Shown: one piece after another, positions 1 to 9,625 of the stretch
Layout: each line of letters opens with the position of its first letter
How positions within the stretch are numbered: the first letter of the stretch is position 1
Assembly: GCA_030699545.1 (NCBI GenBank)
Contig: JAUYMC010000128.1
Location: 1 to 50,254, forward strand
DNA from: Gemmatimonadales bacterium
Lineage (GTDB): Bacteria > Gemmatimonadota > Gemmatimonadetes > Gemmatimonadales > GWC2-71-9
Direction of reading: 5' to 3'
Length of the DNA stretch: 50,254 nucleotides
Notes under the pieces: model-generated
Databases searched by the model: none
What the model was told of the DNA's origin: nothing
The model's input: only the letters and a program-made list of their open reading frames with translations
Position numbers and translations under genes: made by a program

Positions 1-600
1 GGCGAGCGCAGCGAGCCGTTCGTCGCCCGCCGCTCGCGCCAGGCGGACGGCCTCTTCAGCGGCCTCCAGCGCGCGCCGAAACTCCCGCTGATCGCGCAGG
101 CTGATGCCCATGTTGTGATGGGTTTCGGCCACCCCGCGGGCGAGCCCGACCTGCTGGTAGGCCACGATGGCCAGGCGGTAACGGCCGAGGGCCGCTTCCG
201 GATCGCCGCGGATGTTGGCGAGGATGCCGAGGTTGTTGAGACAACGCGCTTCGGTGGCGTGATCGCCGAGCAGCCGCGCCAGCGCGACGCCGTCGCTGAA
301 ATGCCGCTCGGCTTCGTCCACGGCGCCGCGCGCCAAGGCGATGGCACCGTGGAAATTGCGCGCGCGCAGCTCGGCATACTGTTCACCGCGGGCGCGCGCC
401 AGCTTCAGGGCAATGTCGGCCCAGCGGGCGGCCGCCACGACGTCGCCGAGCCGCCCTTCCGCCTCGGACGCGTGCAGGGCGAGCCGGGTCCGCGCCTCGA
501 CCACGGCCGCGGGCAGTCCCCGCAGCCGGTCGCGGACATCCCCGTACCGCCCCGCGGCGGCGAGCTCATCCAGCTGCTCGAGCAATCCGGCGTCGCTCAT
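1..600 (-). CDS. TPR-like helical-repeat protein (partial; C-terminus runs off the window)
   Basis: Absent from the ORF track because no stop lies in the window. Hand translation of the minus strand from ATG 600-598 gives 200 sense codons: MSDAGLLEQLDELAAAGRYGDVRDRL...CLNNLGILANIRGDPEAALGRYRLAIVAYQQVGLARGVAETHHNMGISLRDQREFRRALEAAEEAV. The pattern is TPR-like helical repeats. Its ATG overlaps the TAA of the upstream gene (TAATG). Confidence 0.7.
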   Translation of the reverse strand, partial: MSDAGLLEQLDELAAAGRYGDVRDRLRGLPAAVVEARTRLALHASEAEGRLGDVVAAARWADIALKLARARGEQYAELRARNFHGAIALARGAVDEAERHFSDGVALARLLGDHATEARCLNNLGILANIRGDPEAALGRYRLAIVAYQQVGLARGVAETHHNMGISLRDQREFRRALEAAEEAVRLARAAGDERLAALA

Positions 601-1205
601 TACCACGCCACGGCGTATTCCGAGAATGACAGGATGTTAGCGTCGAGCTCATCGAGCTGTTCGAACTTCACCGCACCCATCTTGAACCAGAGCGCGCCCG
701 ATCCTTCGCGACGCCACAGATCGAGGAGCTGTTCTATGGCGGCGTCCTCGGCATCCTCGTCGCCGTCTTCGTCGAAATCGTGCTCGCCCTGGTAGTAGTG
801 GATCTTCAGCCGGGCGGGATGATCGGGGCTGAATTGCAGTCCGGCCGGCGCGAATTCGAACAGAAAGCGATCCGGATCGAGGACCGTGATCGTGATCTCG
901 ATCGAATCCCCAACCTGAAAGGCGCTGCCGTCCGGCTTGCGCAGCAGCCCGTCGCCGGGGACCTCGAAGCGGAGGAACTCGTCTCCCGTATCCGCCGGCG
1001 TGGCCCCCTGATAATGGATGCGGACCTCGCGGCCATCCTCGACTTTCGCCCAGAGGGTGACCTGGGTGGCGAGCAGCGGCGGCGCGAGCGTGTCCTGTCG
1101 CACGATCCGCAATTCGGCATCGGGACGTCCGACCACGCCCGGCCCGGTGTTGTCCCCGCAACCAAGCAGCAGAAGGGTGAGCGCAGCCGCTACGAAACGA
1201 CGCAT
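600..1205 (-). CDS. Lipoprotein of unknown function
   Basis: ORF 600..1241 (-). GGGAG lies 7 nt upstream of the ATG at 1205, which favours MRRFVAAALTLLLLGCGDN (signal peptide plus lipobox LLGC). There is an acidic tract DFDEDGDEDAEDA. The stop overlaps the start of the TPR gene. I recognise no family. Confidence 0.7.
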   Translation of the reverse strand: MRRFVAAALTLLLLGCGDNTGPGVVGRPDAELRIVRQDTLAPPLLATQVTLWAKVEDGREVRIHYQGATPADTGDEFLRFEVPGDGLLRKPDGSAFQVGDSIEITITVLDPDRFLFEFAPAGLQFSPDHPARLKIHYYQGEHDFDEDGDEDAEDAAIEQLLDLWRREGSGALWFKMGAVKFEQLDELDANILSFSEYAVAW

Positions 1206-1226
1206 GATCATGCTCCCGGGTAGAAG

Positions 1227-1309
1227 GGTCCGCCGGTCCACGCTGCACGCGGCGGACCACGAAAACCTGTTGTCAACAAGAGTGTTACGGCGTCCCCCCT
1301 GGTCCGCCG
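1227..1309. repeat. Three copies of a 9-mer (GGTCCGCCG / CGGCGGACC), including a perfect 9-bp inverted repeat with a 14-nt spacer
   Basis: GGTCCGCCG at 1227-1235, its reverse complement CGGCGGACC at 1250-1258, and GGTCCGCCG again at 1301-1309. All lie in the 117-nt gap between the sigma-54 activator gene and the lipoprotein gene. Function is unknown (activator site or RNA hairpin). Confidence 0.5.
1244..1259 (-). promoter_or_regulatory. Weak sigma-54-type -24/-12 candidate (TGGTCCGCCGCGTGCA)
   Basis: The minus strand reads TGG-N9-(G)TGCA with correct GG-to-GC spacing relative to TGGCACG-N4-TTGCW. It ends about 39 nt upstream of the lipoprotein ATG and directly downstream of a sigma-54 activator gene. 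It departs from consensus at several positions. Confidence 0.25.
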
Positions 1310-1322
1310 CAGCACAACTGAC

Positions 1323-2660
1323 TCACTGCGGGTCACCTTCGTCCGGCTCGCCGCCGAGCAGCCGATGGAGCCGCGAGCGGGAAATTCCCAGCCGGCGCGC
1401 CGCCTCCGAGCGGTTCCCCGCGGTCGCGTCGAGCATCGCCCGCGCGGCAGCGCGGATGATGTCGTCGAGTCGCGCGGGAAACGGAATGACCTGCGACGCG
1501 CTCGGGGCCGAGGCTCGATGCAGCTCACCCAGCATGAGCGTGCCGGGGGGGGAGAGCAGCAGGGCGCGCTCCAGAGCGTTGCGCAGCTCCCGCACGTTGC
1601 CGGGCCAGGAATGGGCCAGCAGCGCTCGGCGCGATTCCGCGGAGAGGGGGGGCCGGGGGACGGCGTACTGGGCGGCCAGCCGATCGAGGAACGCCTCGGC
1701 CAGACGCACGACGTCGTCGTCGCGCGCGCGCAGCGGCGGCAGGTGGAGACTCACGACATCGAGCCGGTAATACAGATCCTGCCGGAAACGGCCGGTCCGG
1801 ACGGCGTCCGCGAGATCGGCGTTGGTGGCCGCGATGATGCGCACGTCGAACTGTCGCGCCGTGGTGGCGCCGAGCCGCCGCGTGGTTTTCTGCTCCAGCG
1901 CGCGCAACACCTTGGATTGCAGGTCGGGCGCGAGAGAGTCCACTTCGTCGAGCAGCAGCGTGCCGCCTGCGGCGGCTTCGAACAGCCCCGGCTTGGCGGT
2001 CTTGGCGTCGGTGAACGCGCCGCGCTCGTGGCCGAACAGCTCGCTTTCGAGCAGTTGTGCCGGCATCGCCGCGCAGTTCAGCTCGATGAACGGCGCGTCG
2101 GCGCGCGGGCCGCCGTAATGCAGCGCCCGCGCCAACAGCTCCTTCCCCGTTCCGGTTTCTCCCGTGATGAGGACGGTTGCATCGGCGTGCTGGATGAGTC
2201 GAGCGGCGCGCTCCAGCGTGGCGCGGAGGGCTGAGCTATCGCCTACGATTTCCCGGAACGCATGCGCTTGGGCTTCGAGCGCCGCGAACTCCGTGCGGCC
2301 AATCGCGGCCCGCCGCTGTTCCACGGCAGCGGCCACGGCATCCCGCAGTGCGTCGCGATCCTCTGGCAGTGCGAAGTAGTCGGTGGCGCCGGCCGCCACG
2401 GCGTGCGCCGCGACCCGATGCGACGCGACCGCGCCCACGGCGAGCACCGGCGTTCCGCGGGGAAGCGCGAGCTCGGCGATGACCGCGGGGAGATCGAGCT
2501 CCCGGCCGCCCGCCGCCAGGAGGATGGCGGCGGCGCCCGTGGGGAGCGGCTCGCCACTGCCGAGCCGCCAATCGCTCAGCGTGATCTTGAGCTGTTGCGC
2601 CAGCGCGGGCCAGAATTCGGCGAACGAATCGGTCAACGCCACGACGAGGAGCACGGTCAC
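1323..2660 (-). CDS. Sigma-54-dependent Fis-family transcriptional activator with degenerate receiver-like N-terminus
   Basis: ORF 1323..2660 (-), GTG start. The AAA+ sigma-54 interaction domain shows Walker A GETGTGKE, Walker B LLLDEVD, the GAFTGA loop present as GAFTDA, and RQDLYYRL. The C-terminal HTH is [20 protein letters not shown]. Confidence 0.9.
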   Translation of the reverse strand: MTVLLVVALTDSFAEFWPALAQQLKITLSDWRLGSGEPLPTGAAAILLAAGGRELDLPAVIAELALPRGTPVLAVGAVASHRVAAHAVAAGATDYFALPEDRDALRDAVAAAVEQRRAAIGRTEFAALEAQAHAFREIVGDSSALRATLERAARLIQHADATVLITGETGTGKELLARALHYGGPRADAPFIELNCAAMPAQLLESELFGHERGAFTDAKTAKPGLFEAAAGGTLLLDEVDSLAPDLQSKVLRALEQKTTRRLGATTARQFDVRIIAATNADLADAVRTGRFRQDLYYRLDVVSLHLPPLRARDDDVVRLAEAFLDRLAAQYAVPRPPLSAESRRALLAHSWPGNVRELRNALERALLLSPPGTLMLGELHRASAPSASQVIPFPARLDDIIRAAARAMLDATAGNRSEAARRLGISRSRLHRLLGGEPDEGDPQ

Positions 2661-2730
2661 ACGAAAGACCCTATCCGGGAAATGCTGAAAAGTTCATGAA
2701 GAAAGCACGAACGGGTAGGAGGAGGGGCAG

Positions 2731-2803
<73 letters not shown>

Positions 2804-2810
2804 GGTGCGC

Positions 2811-2857
2811 GGAAAGATAATGACAACAGGACGGTAAGGGCTGTGCCCCTACCGTCC
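2811..2857 (-). terminator. Intrinsic terminator after the TonB-dependent receptor gene
   Basis: A 13-position stem with one mismatch (GGACGGTAAGGGC / GCCCCTACCGTCC, 2829-2857) and a 3-nt loop. On the minus strand it is followed by the T-rich TGTTGTCATTATCTTTCC. Confidence 0.55.
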
Positions 2858-2880
2858 TCCTCCATCCCCTCCGGTCGCTC

Positions 2881-5856
2881 CTAGAAAACCCAGTGCAGTC
2901 CGATCTGGGCCTGCTGGGGATCGCCGAGCCCGCTGCGGATCGTGCCGTCGAAGTTGAAGAGCAGGCTCGTCGAGGCGGGGTCACGGAAGTTTTCGTTCCC
3001 CAGCACGTTGAACACCTGCACGATCGCCTCGAGGCGCCCCTGCCGGCCGAGGTTGAAGGGGACCGTCAGCCCGAGGTCCCAGGAGAAGTAGCCGTTGTCC
3101 TTCCGCAGCGTGTTGCGGGGCAGAATCGAGCCGTTGGGGCAAATGCGCTCCGCCGGGCTGGCCGCGCGCTGCCCGCTCCCCTCGTTGTTGCTGCCGCAGC
3201 GCTCGGAGACGGGCTGGGCCGAGTACACGCTCACCCGGCTGTTGAGGAACACACCCGAACCGACGTGTGCCAGCATCCAGCCGTTGATCCGGTGGCGCTG
3301 GTCGCGATCGCTCCAGTTGTATTCGGCGTGCAGCGAATCGGCGCGCGCGTACCGGAAACTGAACGGATCGCGCTCGTTGTCGTCATCGGACTTGTCGAAC
3401 GACAGCGTGTAATTGAGCTGGAATTGGAAGTTGGGATCGAGCACGCGCTTGACCCCCACGGTGATGCCGTTGTAACGCGACTTGGCCGTGGATTCGACGG
3501 TAGTCAGCGTGAAGATGCCGTTCGTCGTGCCGCCGACATAGTCGTCGAGTCCCGCGCCCCACGGGCTGCCGAACACCGCGTCGTTGCGATTGATGAACCG
3601 CGTCACGTTGTCGGTGCGCGCGTGCGTAAAGCTGATCAGTCCGGCGAGATCGCCCGCGAGCTGCCACTCGTAGCCGAGGCTCAGGTTGAGCGTGCGCGGG
3701 TTGCGGAAGTCCTTGTCGAACACGAAGACGTCCGGAAAGAAGACGTCGGTGGGCGCCACGTTGTCGGGCAGCTGGGTGCCGAACGCCGGCACGCCGCCGG
3801 TGAAGTTGGCCCGGAAATAGGTCATGCCCACGGAGCCGTTGGTGCTGCGGCTCGAGGCCAGGTTGAGTCCCGGGATGCGGGCGTAGTAGAGTCCCGCGCT
3901 GCCGCGCAGCACGCGGCGGCCGTCGCCGTCGGGATCGAAGGCGAACCCGAAGCGCGGCTGGAACATCTGCTTGTCCGACGGGATCGTGCCGTCGGAGGGG
4001 AAGGTGTACGTCCCGGTCCCGTTCGTCACCGTCTGACCGATGAAGGCGGCGTAGTAGACCTGGGACGGCGCCGTGATCGGGTCGGCCTGGATCTGCGCTT
4101 CCCAGCGCAGCCCGTAGTTGAACGTCCACTTGGGACTGGGCTTCCACGTGTCCTGGATGTAGAGCGCGTATTCGGTTTGCGGGATGTCCTGGGTTCCCGC
4201 CTCGCGCACCGACCGGCCGATGCCCGCCTGCTGCAGATACAGCAAGACGCCGCCGCTCTGATTGGGATCGGCGGCAAAGGCGAGGAAATCGTCGACCGAC
4301 GCGAAGATGTACCGGGAGTTCGCGAACCCGACGAACGTCTGGATCGAATGCACCCGGTTGTACTCGAAACCCATCTTGAAGAAATGATCGCCCCGCGCAA
4401 ACGAAATGTTGTCGAGCAGCTGGACCCGCGTATCGTAATACTCGACCGGAATGAAGAACGGCATCCCGAATCGATAGCCGCCGGCGAAATCCATGGCGAC
4501 GTCGGGGAAGGGGCGCGCCGCCGGCGGATCCGAGGGATTGGTGCCGAGCAGCGTCGAGCGCGGGCCCTCATAGGGCCGCGGCCGGTCTTCGCGCGAATAC
4601 TGGAACCGGAACTCGTTCGAGAGATTCGCGCTGAGATAGGAGATGAGACTCCCGTTGATCGCGTTGGAGAAGTCCCGCTCCAGCGCGTTGGCGCTGCGCG
4701 CCCAGCTATCGACGTCAAACGTGCCGTTCGCCTGCTCCGACCAGGCGTAGTTGTACTTGAGGGAAAGGTTGTGCCGGTCCGACAGCCGCAGATCGAGCTT
4801 GGCCATCAGCGCGCGCGCGTCGTTGGTGCGGGCGATCGGCCCGTAGTCGTCGGCCAGCGCGCCCCCGTACGCCATGTCCATCCACGCGCGCAACGCGGGA
4901 TCGATCCGGCTGGCATCCGTCTGTTTGGTCTCGTCGAAGATCTGCTGATCGTAGGCGACGAAGAAGAACGCCCGGTCGCGCCGAATCGGACCGCCGAGCG
5001 TGAAGCCGAACTGATGCTGGCTGAAGTCGGGGGGATCGAGGATGATGCCGCCGTGCCGCGGCTGGCCCGACAGCGCGCCGTCCTTGCCGTAATAGTGCGC
5101 CGAGCCGTGGAATTCGTTCGTGCCCGACTTCGTGATGACGTTCACGAACCCGCCCGACGAGCGCCCGAACTCGGCATTGGCGCCGCCCGCCACGACCACG
5201 ATTTCCTGCACCGCGTCGAGGTTGAACGTGAAGGGGGGACGCTGGCCGCCGCGGTGCTCGCCGAAGAAGGGATTGTTGAAATCGGCGCCGTCCACCGACA
5301 CGTTGTTGTGAATCCCCTTCTGTCCCCCGATCGACAGCTCGTCGCCGTCCGGCCCCTGGACGATCGCGACGTTCGGCGTGAGCAACGTGAGGTTCAGATA
5401 GTTGCGGCCGTTGTTCGGCAGGCCGCTCACGGCTTCGGTCGGGAGCCGGGTCGCACTTTCGATCCTCGTGGCGTCCACGATCTGCTCGGTCGCCTCGATC
5501 GTGACCGCCTGCAGCTCCACCGCCGTCAGCGTCAGCGCCAGATCGACCGTCTCGCCGACGCGGAGCGGAATGCCGGTCCGCCGAACCTCGTTGAGGCCCA
5601 CGGAGCGCGCAGTGACGTCATAGATGCCGAGCGGCAGGAGCGACGCCGTGAAGACGCCCCGCGCGTTGGTCGTCAGCTGCCGTTGAAAGCCCGTCTGCGT
5701 TTCCCGCAGCAGCACCGTGGCATTGGGGACCGGCGCGCCCGCGGGATCCGACACGACGCCGCGGATCACGCCGGTGGTGGCCTGCGATTGGGCGGCAGCG
5801 ACGGCCGGCAGGACGAGGGCCAGAACCAGCGACCCGAGCAACAACGCGCGCACCAT
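2881..5856 (-). CDS. TonB-dependent outer-membrane receptor with N-terminal carboxypeptidase-regulatory-like domain
   Basis: 991-aa ORF. The signal peptide is MVRALLLGSLVLALVLPAVAAAQ. The CarboxypepD_reg-like segment is GVIRGVVSDPAGAPVPNATVLLRETQTGFQRQLTTNARGVFTASLLPLGIYDVTA. A plug-like region follows, the barrel is long, and the terminal residue is aromatic (...GLHWVF). GGAGG lies 7 nt upstream of the ATG. Confidence 0.9.
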   Translation of the reverse strand: MVRALLLGSLVLALVLPAVAAAQSQATTGVIRGVVSDPAGAPVPNATVLLRETQTGFQRQLTTNARGVFTASLLPLGIYDVTARSVGLNEVRRTGIPLRVGETVDLALTLTAVELQAVTIEATEQIVDATRIESATRLPTEAVSGLPNNGRNYLNLTLLTPNVAIVQGPDGDELSIGGQKGIHNNVSVDGADFNNPFFGEHRGGQRPPFTFNLDAVQEIVVVAGGANAEFGRSSGGFVNVITKSGTNEFHGSAHYYGKDGALSGQPRHGGIILDPPDFSQHQFGFTLGGPIRRDRAFFFVAYDQQIFDETKQTDASRIDPALRAWMDMAYGGALADDYGPIARTNDARALMAKLDLRLSDRHNLSLKYNYAWSEQANGTFDVDSWARSANALERDFSNAINGSLISYLSANLSNEFRFQYSREDRPRPYEGPRSTLLGTNPSDPPAARPFPDVAMDFAGGYRFGMPFFIPVEYYDTRVQLLDNISFARGDHFFKMGFEYNRVHSIQTFVGFANSRYIFASVDDFLAFAADPNQSGGVLLYLQQAGIGRSVREAGTQDIPQTEYALYIQDTWKPSPKWTFNYGLRWEAQIQADPITAPSQVYYAAFIGQTVTNGTGTYTFPSDGTIPSDKQMFQPRFGFAFDPDGDGRRVLRGSAGLYYARIPGLNLASSRSTNGSVGMTYFRANFTGGVPAFGTQLPDNVAPTDVFFPDVFVFDKDFRNPRTLNLSLGYEWQLAGDLAGLISFTHARTDNVTRFINRNDAVFGSPWGAGLDDYVGGTTNGIFTLTTVESTAKSRYNGITVGVKRVLDPNFQFQLNYTLSFDKSDDDNERDPFSFRYARADSLHAEYNWSDRDQRHRINGWMLAHVGSGVFLNSRVSVYSAQPVSERCGSNNEGSGQRAASPAERICPNGSILPRNTLRKDNGYFSWDLGLTVPFNLGRQGRLEAIVQVFNVLGNENFRDPASTSLLFNFDGTIRSGLGDPQQAQIGLHWVF

Positions 5857-5957
5857 GCGCAGCCTCCGACTGGAGTGAGGACTCTAGGGACCGGTTAGCG
5901 TATCACCCCCTCGGGGCCTCCGCAAGGACGGCCGCGCCGGTGCTACTTTCCGGGCGC

Positions 5958-7685
5958 ATGCAGAATCCCGACATCGCACGCCAGCTCGACGACGTCGCCG
6001 ACCTGCTGGAGATCTCCGCGGCCAATCCGTTTCGCGTCCGGGCCTACCGCAACGCCGCCCGCACGGTCCGCGACCAGCCCGACTCGATCTCCGACCTCGT
6101 TCGCGGCGGCGATTTCGATCTCACCCAGCTGGCGGGCGTGGGCAAAGGCATTGCGGCCGAGATTCACGCCCTGATCACCACCGGCAAACTGCCGCAGCGC
6201 CAGCAGCTCGTCGCCGAGGTGCCGCCCGGCCTGCTCGAGCTGCTGCGCCTCCCCGGGCTCGGCCCCAGGCGGGTGAAGCTGCTGCACGACATGCTGGGCG
6301 TACGCACCATCGGCGACCTCGCGCGGGTCACGAAGGCCGGGAAGGTCGCGGCCCTTCCCCGCTTCGGCGCCAAGATCATCGAGAAGATTCAGGCCGGCAT
6401 CGGGCAAGCGGGAAAGGCCGAGCGGCGCCTGCGGCTGCATGAGGCCGAGCAGTACGCCGCCGCGCTGGTCGAATACCTGAAGGCGGGCGGCGGGATCGAC
6501 GCGATCGCCGCCGCTGGGAGTTTCCGAAGGCGGCGTGAAACCATCGGCGACCTCGACCTCGTCGTCACCGGTCCCGAGCCGGCGCACATCCTCGAGCGCT
6601 TCGCGCACTTCCCCGACGTCACGCACGTTGCGTCGCAGGGACCGACCCGCGCCACCGTCCGGCTGTCGGGCGGCCTGCAGGTCGATTTGCGCGCCGTCGA
6701 GCCGGGTGCGTATGGCGCCGCGCTGCAGTACTTCACCGGCTCCCAGGCCCACAACATCGAGCTGCGGAAGATCGCGCTCGCCAAGGGACTGAAGCTGAAC
6801 GAGTACGGCGTCTTCCGCGGCGCCACGCAGATCGCGGGACGGACCGAAGCGGACGTGTACGCGGCGCTCGGCCTGGACTGGGTGCCGCCGGAGCTGCGCG
6901 AGGCGCGCGGCGAGATCGCGCTCGCCCAACGGCACGCGCTGCCCCGGCTCGTGACGCTCGAGGACATGCGCGGCGATCTGCAGATGCATACCGACGCGAG
7001 CGACGGCAAGGACACCCTGGCCGAGATGGTCGCCGCCGCGCAGTCGCTGGGATACGCCTATATCGCCATCACCGAGCACTCGCCCCGCGTGTCGATGGCG
7101 GGCCTCGACGCCCGGGAGCTGCGCGCGCAATGGCGGGCGATCAACCGCCTCAACAAGGGCCTGCGCAACCTTCGCGTCCTGAAAAGCGTGGAATGCGACA
7201 TCCTGGAAACCGGCCGGATGGATCTGTCCGACGACGTGCTGCGGGAGGCCGACTACGTCGTCGCCACCATTCATTACGGACAGAAGCAGCCGGAGCGCCA
7301 GATCACCGACCGCCTGCTCGGCGCCATCGCGCACCCCTGGGTGGACGCCATCGGCCATCCGACGGGACGGATCGTGAACGGCCGGCCGCCTTACGCGCTC
7401 GATTTCGACGCGGTCGCCCGTGCGGCGGCCGCCGCCGGCTGCCTCCTCGAGATCAACGGCAGCGAGCGGCTCGATCTGTCCGACACGCTGGCGGCGGCGG
7501 CGAAGGCGCAGGGGGTGCGGTTCGTGCTGTCGACCGATGCGCACAACACCCGCGAGCTCGGCTTCATGCGATTTGCGATCGCGATGGCGCGCCGCGCCGG
7601 CCTCACGCCGGGCGATATCGCCAACACGGGGCCGCTGCGGGATTTCCTGAAGTCGCTAAAGCGCGCCCGCCACGGCGGCCGCTAG
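5958..7685 (+). CDS. polX: Family X DNA polymerase with C-terminal PHP domain (PolX)
   Basis: ORF 5940..7685. The ATG at 5958 gives MQNPDIARQLDDVADLLEISAANPFRVRAYRNAARTV, a typical PolX helix-hairpin-helix N-terminus. The nucleotidyltransferase motif is GSFRRRRETIGDLDLVV. The PHP region has HTDASDG...ITEHS...STDAH. Confidence 0.9.
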   Translation: MQNPDIARQLDDVADLLEISAANPFRVRAYRNAARTVRDQPDSISDLVRGGDFDLTQLAGVGKGIAAEIHALITTGKLPQRQQLVAEVPPGLLELLRLPGLGPRRVKLLHDMLGVRTIGDLARVTKAGKVAALPRFGAKIIEKIQAGIGQAGKAERRLRLHEAEQYAAALVEYLKAGGGIDAIAAAGSFRRRRETIGDLDLVVTGPEPAHILERFAHFPDVTHVASQGPTRATVRLSGGLQVDLRAVEPGAYGAALQYFTGSQAHNIELRKIALAKGLKLNEYGVFRGATQIAGRTEADVYAALGLDWVPPELREARGEIALAQRHALPRLVTLEDMRGDLQMHTDASDGKDTLAEMVAAAQSLGYAYIAITEHSPRVSMAGLDARELRAQWRAINRLNKGLRNLRVLKSVECDILETGRMDLSDDVLREADYVVATIHYGQKQPERQITDRLLGAIAHPWVDAIGHPTGRIVNGRPPYALDFDAVARAAAAAGCLLEINGSERLDLSDTLAAAAKAQGVRFVLSTDAHNTRELGFMRFAIAMARRAGLTPGDIANTGPLRDFLKSLKRARHGGR

Positions 7686-8303
7686 CAGATCGAGCTGGGC
7701 GACGGGAGCGAAGCTGTAGCGGTGATGGCGGGTGGGGCCGAGGCGCTGCAGCGCCTCGAGGTGCGCGGGCGTCGCGTAGCCCTTGTTGGTTTCCCAGCAG
7801 TAGCCGGGATGCCGCGCGGCGAGCCGGTCCATGAGCAAGTCGCGAATCGTTTTGGCGATCACCGACGCCGCGGCGATCGAATGGCAGCGCGCGTCGCCGT
7901 CGATGATCGCTTCGTGCGCGCAGCCCAGCTCGGGACACGGCAGGCCGTCGATGAGCACGTAGGCGGGGACGAAGCCGAGCCGGCGGAGCGCGCGCTCCAT
8001 CGCCAGGATCGACGCGCGGCGGATGTTCAGGCGGTCGATCTCGCGCACACTGGCCGCGCCGACGGCGATGGCCTGCGCGCGCTCGCGGATCTTCTGCGCG
8101 TACTTCGCCCGTTGCAGCGCGGTGAGCATCTTGGAGTCATCGAGCCCGCGAATCGGCCTCACGCCTACCGGAAAGACGACGGCCGCGGCAACCACCGGAC
8201 CCGCCAGTGGACCGCGGCCGACTTCATCGATGCCGGCGACGCTGCTCCGCCCTTCGCACCACAACGCCGCCTCGCGTGTCAGCGACGGGCGGCGGTGCCT
8301 CAC
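7656..8303 (-). CDS. rnhB: Ribonuclease HII
   Basis: ORF 7656..8552 contains [19 protein letters not shown] and DDSKML. The N-terminal 83 codons overlap rplS and look like a GC artefact. The GTG at 8303 overlaps the rplS TGA (GTGA) and gives a typical ~215-aa protein. Confidence 0.85.
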   Translation of the reverse strand: MRHRRPSLTREAALWCEGRSSVAGIDEVGRGPLAGPVVAAAVVFPVGVRPIRGLDDSKMLTALQRAKYAQKIRERAQAIAVGAASVREIDRLNIRRASILAMERALRRLGFVPAYVLIDGLPCPELGCAHEAIIDGDARCHSIAAASVIAKTIRDLLMDRLAARHPGYCWETNKGYATPAHLEALQRLGPTRHHRYSFAPVAQLDLLAAAVAGAL

Positions 8304-8686
8304 GCCGGCGACTGCTCCTGTTCGACCGCGGCCTCGGGCGCCATGCCGCGCTTTTCGCGGATGCGGGCGGCCTTGCCGGCCAGCCGGCGCAGGAAGTACA
8401 GCTTGGCGCGGCGCACGCGCCCTTTGCGCATCAGGCCGATCTCGGCGATGGACGGCGCGTGCAGCGGAAAGATCCGTTCCACGCCGACGCCCGCCGAAAT
8501 CTTGCGCACCGTGAAGGTCTCGTTGATGCCGCCCCCGCGCCGGGCGATGCACACGCCCTCGAACGCCTGGAGCCGCTCCTTTTCCCCTTCGCGCACCCGC
8601 ACCATCACGCGCACCGTGTCGCCGGGGACAAAGGCGGGAATGTCGGCCTTCAGTCCCTCGCGCTCGATTGCTCTCAGCTTTTCCAT
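8300..8686 (-). CDS. rplS: 50S ribosomal protein L19
   Basis: [64 protein letters not shown] is the classic L19 sequence. The ATG at 8686 matches the usual N-terminal length better than the ATG at 8698. Confidence 0.95.
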   Translation of the reverse strand: MEKLRAIEREGLKADIPAFVPGDTVRVMVRVREGEKERLQAFEGVCIARRGGGINETFTVRKISAGVGVERIFPLHAPSIAEIGLMRKGRVRRAKLYFLRRLAGKAARIREKRGMAPEAAVEQEQSPA

Positions 8687-8687
8687 G

Positions 8688-9368
8688 CTATTCCCCATGT
8701 TCCGACCAGAGATCCGGTCTGCGCTCGCGTGTCAGGCGCCGTGCCTCGGCCGCCCGCCATGCCGCAATGCGCTCGTGATCGCCACCCAACAATACGTCCG
8801 GGACGTCGAGGCCGCGATAGCTGGGTGGCCGCGTGTAGCTCGGCGGCGCGAGCAACCCCTCGTAGTGCGAGTCGCTCGAGGCCGACTCGTGATCGCCCAG
8901 CGCTCCCGGCAGGAGCCGCACGACCGCGTCCACCACACACAGCGCGGCGGGCTCGCCCCCCGTGAGGACGAAGTCGCCGATCGACAGCTCCTCGGCGTGC
9001 AGCCCGTCCGCCACCCGTTGATCCACATCCTTGTAATGCCCGCACAACAGCGTCAGCGTGGTCCCGACCGTGTAGCGCACCGCGGTGTCGTGCGTGAACG
9101 GCCGGCCGCGGGCCGACAGCAGCACGATCGGCGGCGGCGCGCCGAGGTCCTCGACCGCCTCGAAGAACGGCTCGGGTTTGAGCACCATCCCGGCGCCGCC
9201 CCCGTAGGGCGCGTCGTCCACCGTGTGATGCCGGTCGTGCGTGTAGTCCCGCAGCTGCACGACGCGGTAGCGCACCAACCCCGCCGCCTGCGCCCGGCCC
9301 AGAATGCTGCCGCCGAGCGGGGCCGCGAACCATTCCGGAAACAGCGTGACGATGTTGACGGTGAGCAT
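8688..9368 (-). CDS. trmD: tRNA (guanine37-N1)-methyltransferase
   Basis: [67 protein letters not shown] matches TrmD. The gene sits in the conserved rpsP-rimM-trmD-rplS context. Confidence 0.95.
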   Translation of the reverse strand: MLTVNIVTLFPEWFAAPLGGSILGRAQAAGLVRYRVVQLRDYTHDRHHTVDDAPYGGGAGMVLKPEPFFEAVEDLGAPPPIVLLSARGRPFTHDTAVRYTVGTTLTLLCGHYKDVDQRVADGLHAEELSIGDFVLTGGEPAALCVVDAVVRLLPGALGDHESASSDSHYEGLLAPPSYTRPPSYRGLDVPDVLLGGDHERIAAWRAAEARRLTRERRPDLWSEHGE

Positions 9369-9371
9369 CGC

Positions 9372-9617
9372 CTACTCGTCCACGGCCACGAGCTGATCCC
9401 GCCACACCTCGACGGCCGCTCGCGACGTGATGCCTTCGAAGCCCAGCAGCCATTCCCGGTGATAGACGCGGCGCCGCGCGATCACCAGCGGCCCCGCGAG
9501 CACCGCGCGATTCTCGTCCAGCACGTAGACCTGCGCCTTGGGGCCGAAGATGGCGCCCGGGTTCGCGACGAGGGGAATGACCGCCACTTCCCCCTGTTGG
9601 CCGTGCGGCTTGCGCAG
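9372..9617 (-). CDS. rimM: RimM N-terminal-domain-only protein (start uncertain; no PRC-barrel domain)
   Basis: It occupies the syntenic slot between rpsP and trmD. The in-frame translation VVGRLRKPHGQQGEVAVIPLVANPG... carries the RimM N-terminal signature. The first canonical start (GTG 9587) lies after that motif, and CTG 9617 is the only plausible in-frame start. The ORF ends 3 nt before trmD. Confidence 0.55.
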   Translation of the reverse strand: MRKPHGQQGEVAVIPLVANPGAIFGPKAQVYVLDENRAVLAGPLVIARRRVYHREWLLGFEGITSRAAVEVWRDQLVAVDE

Positions 9618-9625
9618 CCGCCCGA

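Noticed and set aside
1267-1280. Palindrome TGTTGTCAACA containing a TTGACA -35-like hexamer (minus strand) upstream of the lipoprotein gene.
   Set aside because: No acceptable -10 hexamer lies at 16-18 nt spacing (the downstream sequence is GC-rich). It could still be a protein-binding site, but I cannot support a promoter call.
2893-5898. 1001-aa plus-strand ORF that mirrors the TonB-dependent receptor gene.
   Set aside because: It is antisense to a gene with clear domain content. The translation is Arg/Ala/Gly/Pro-rich low-complexity sequence with no motifs, which is typical of stop-free antisense frames in very GC-rich DNA.
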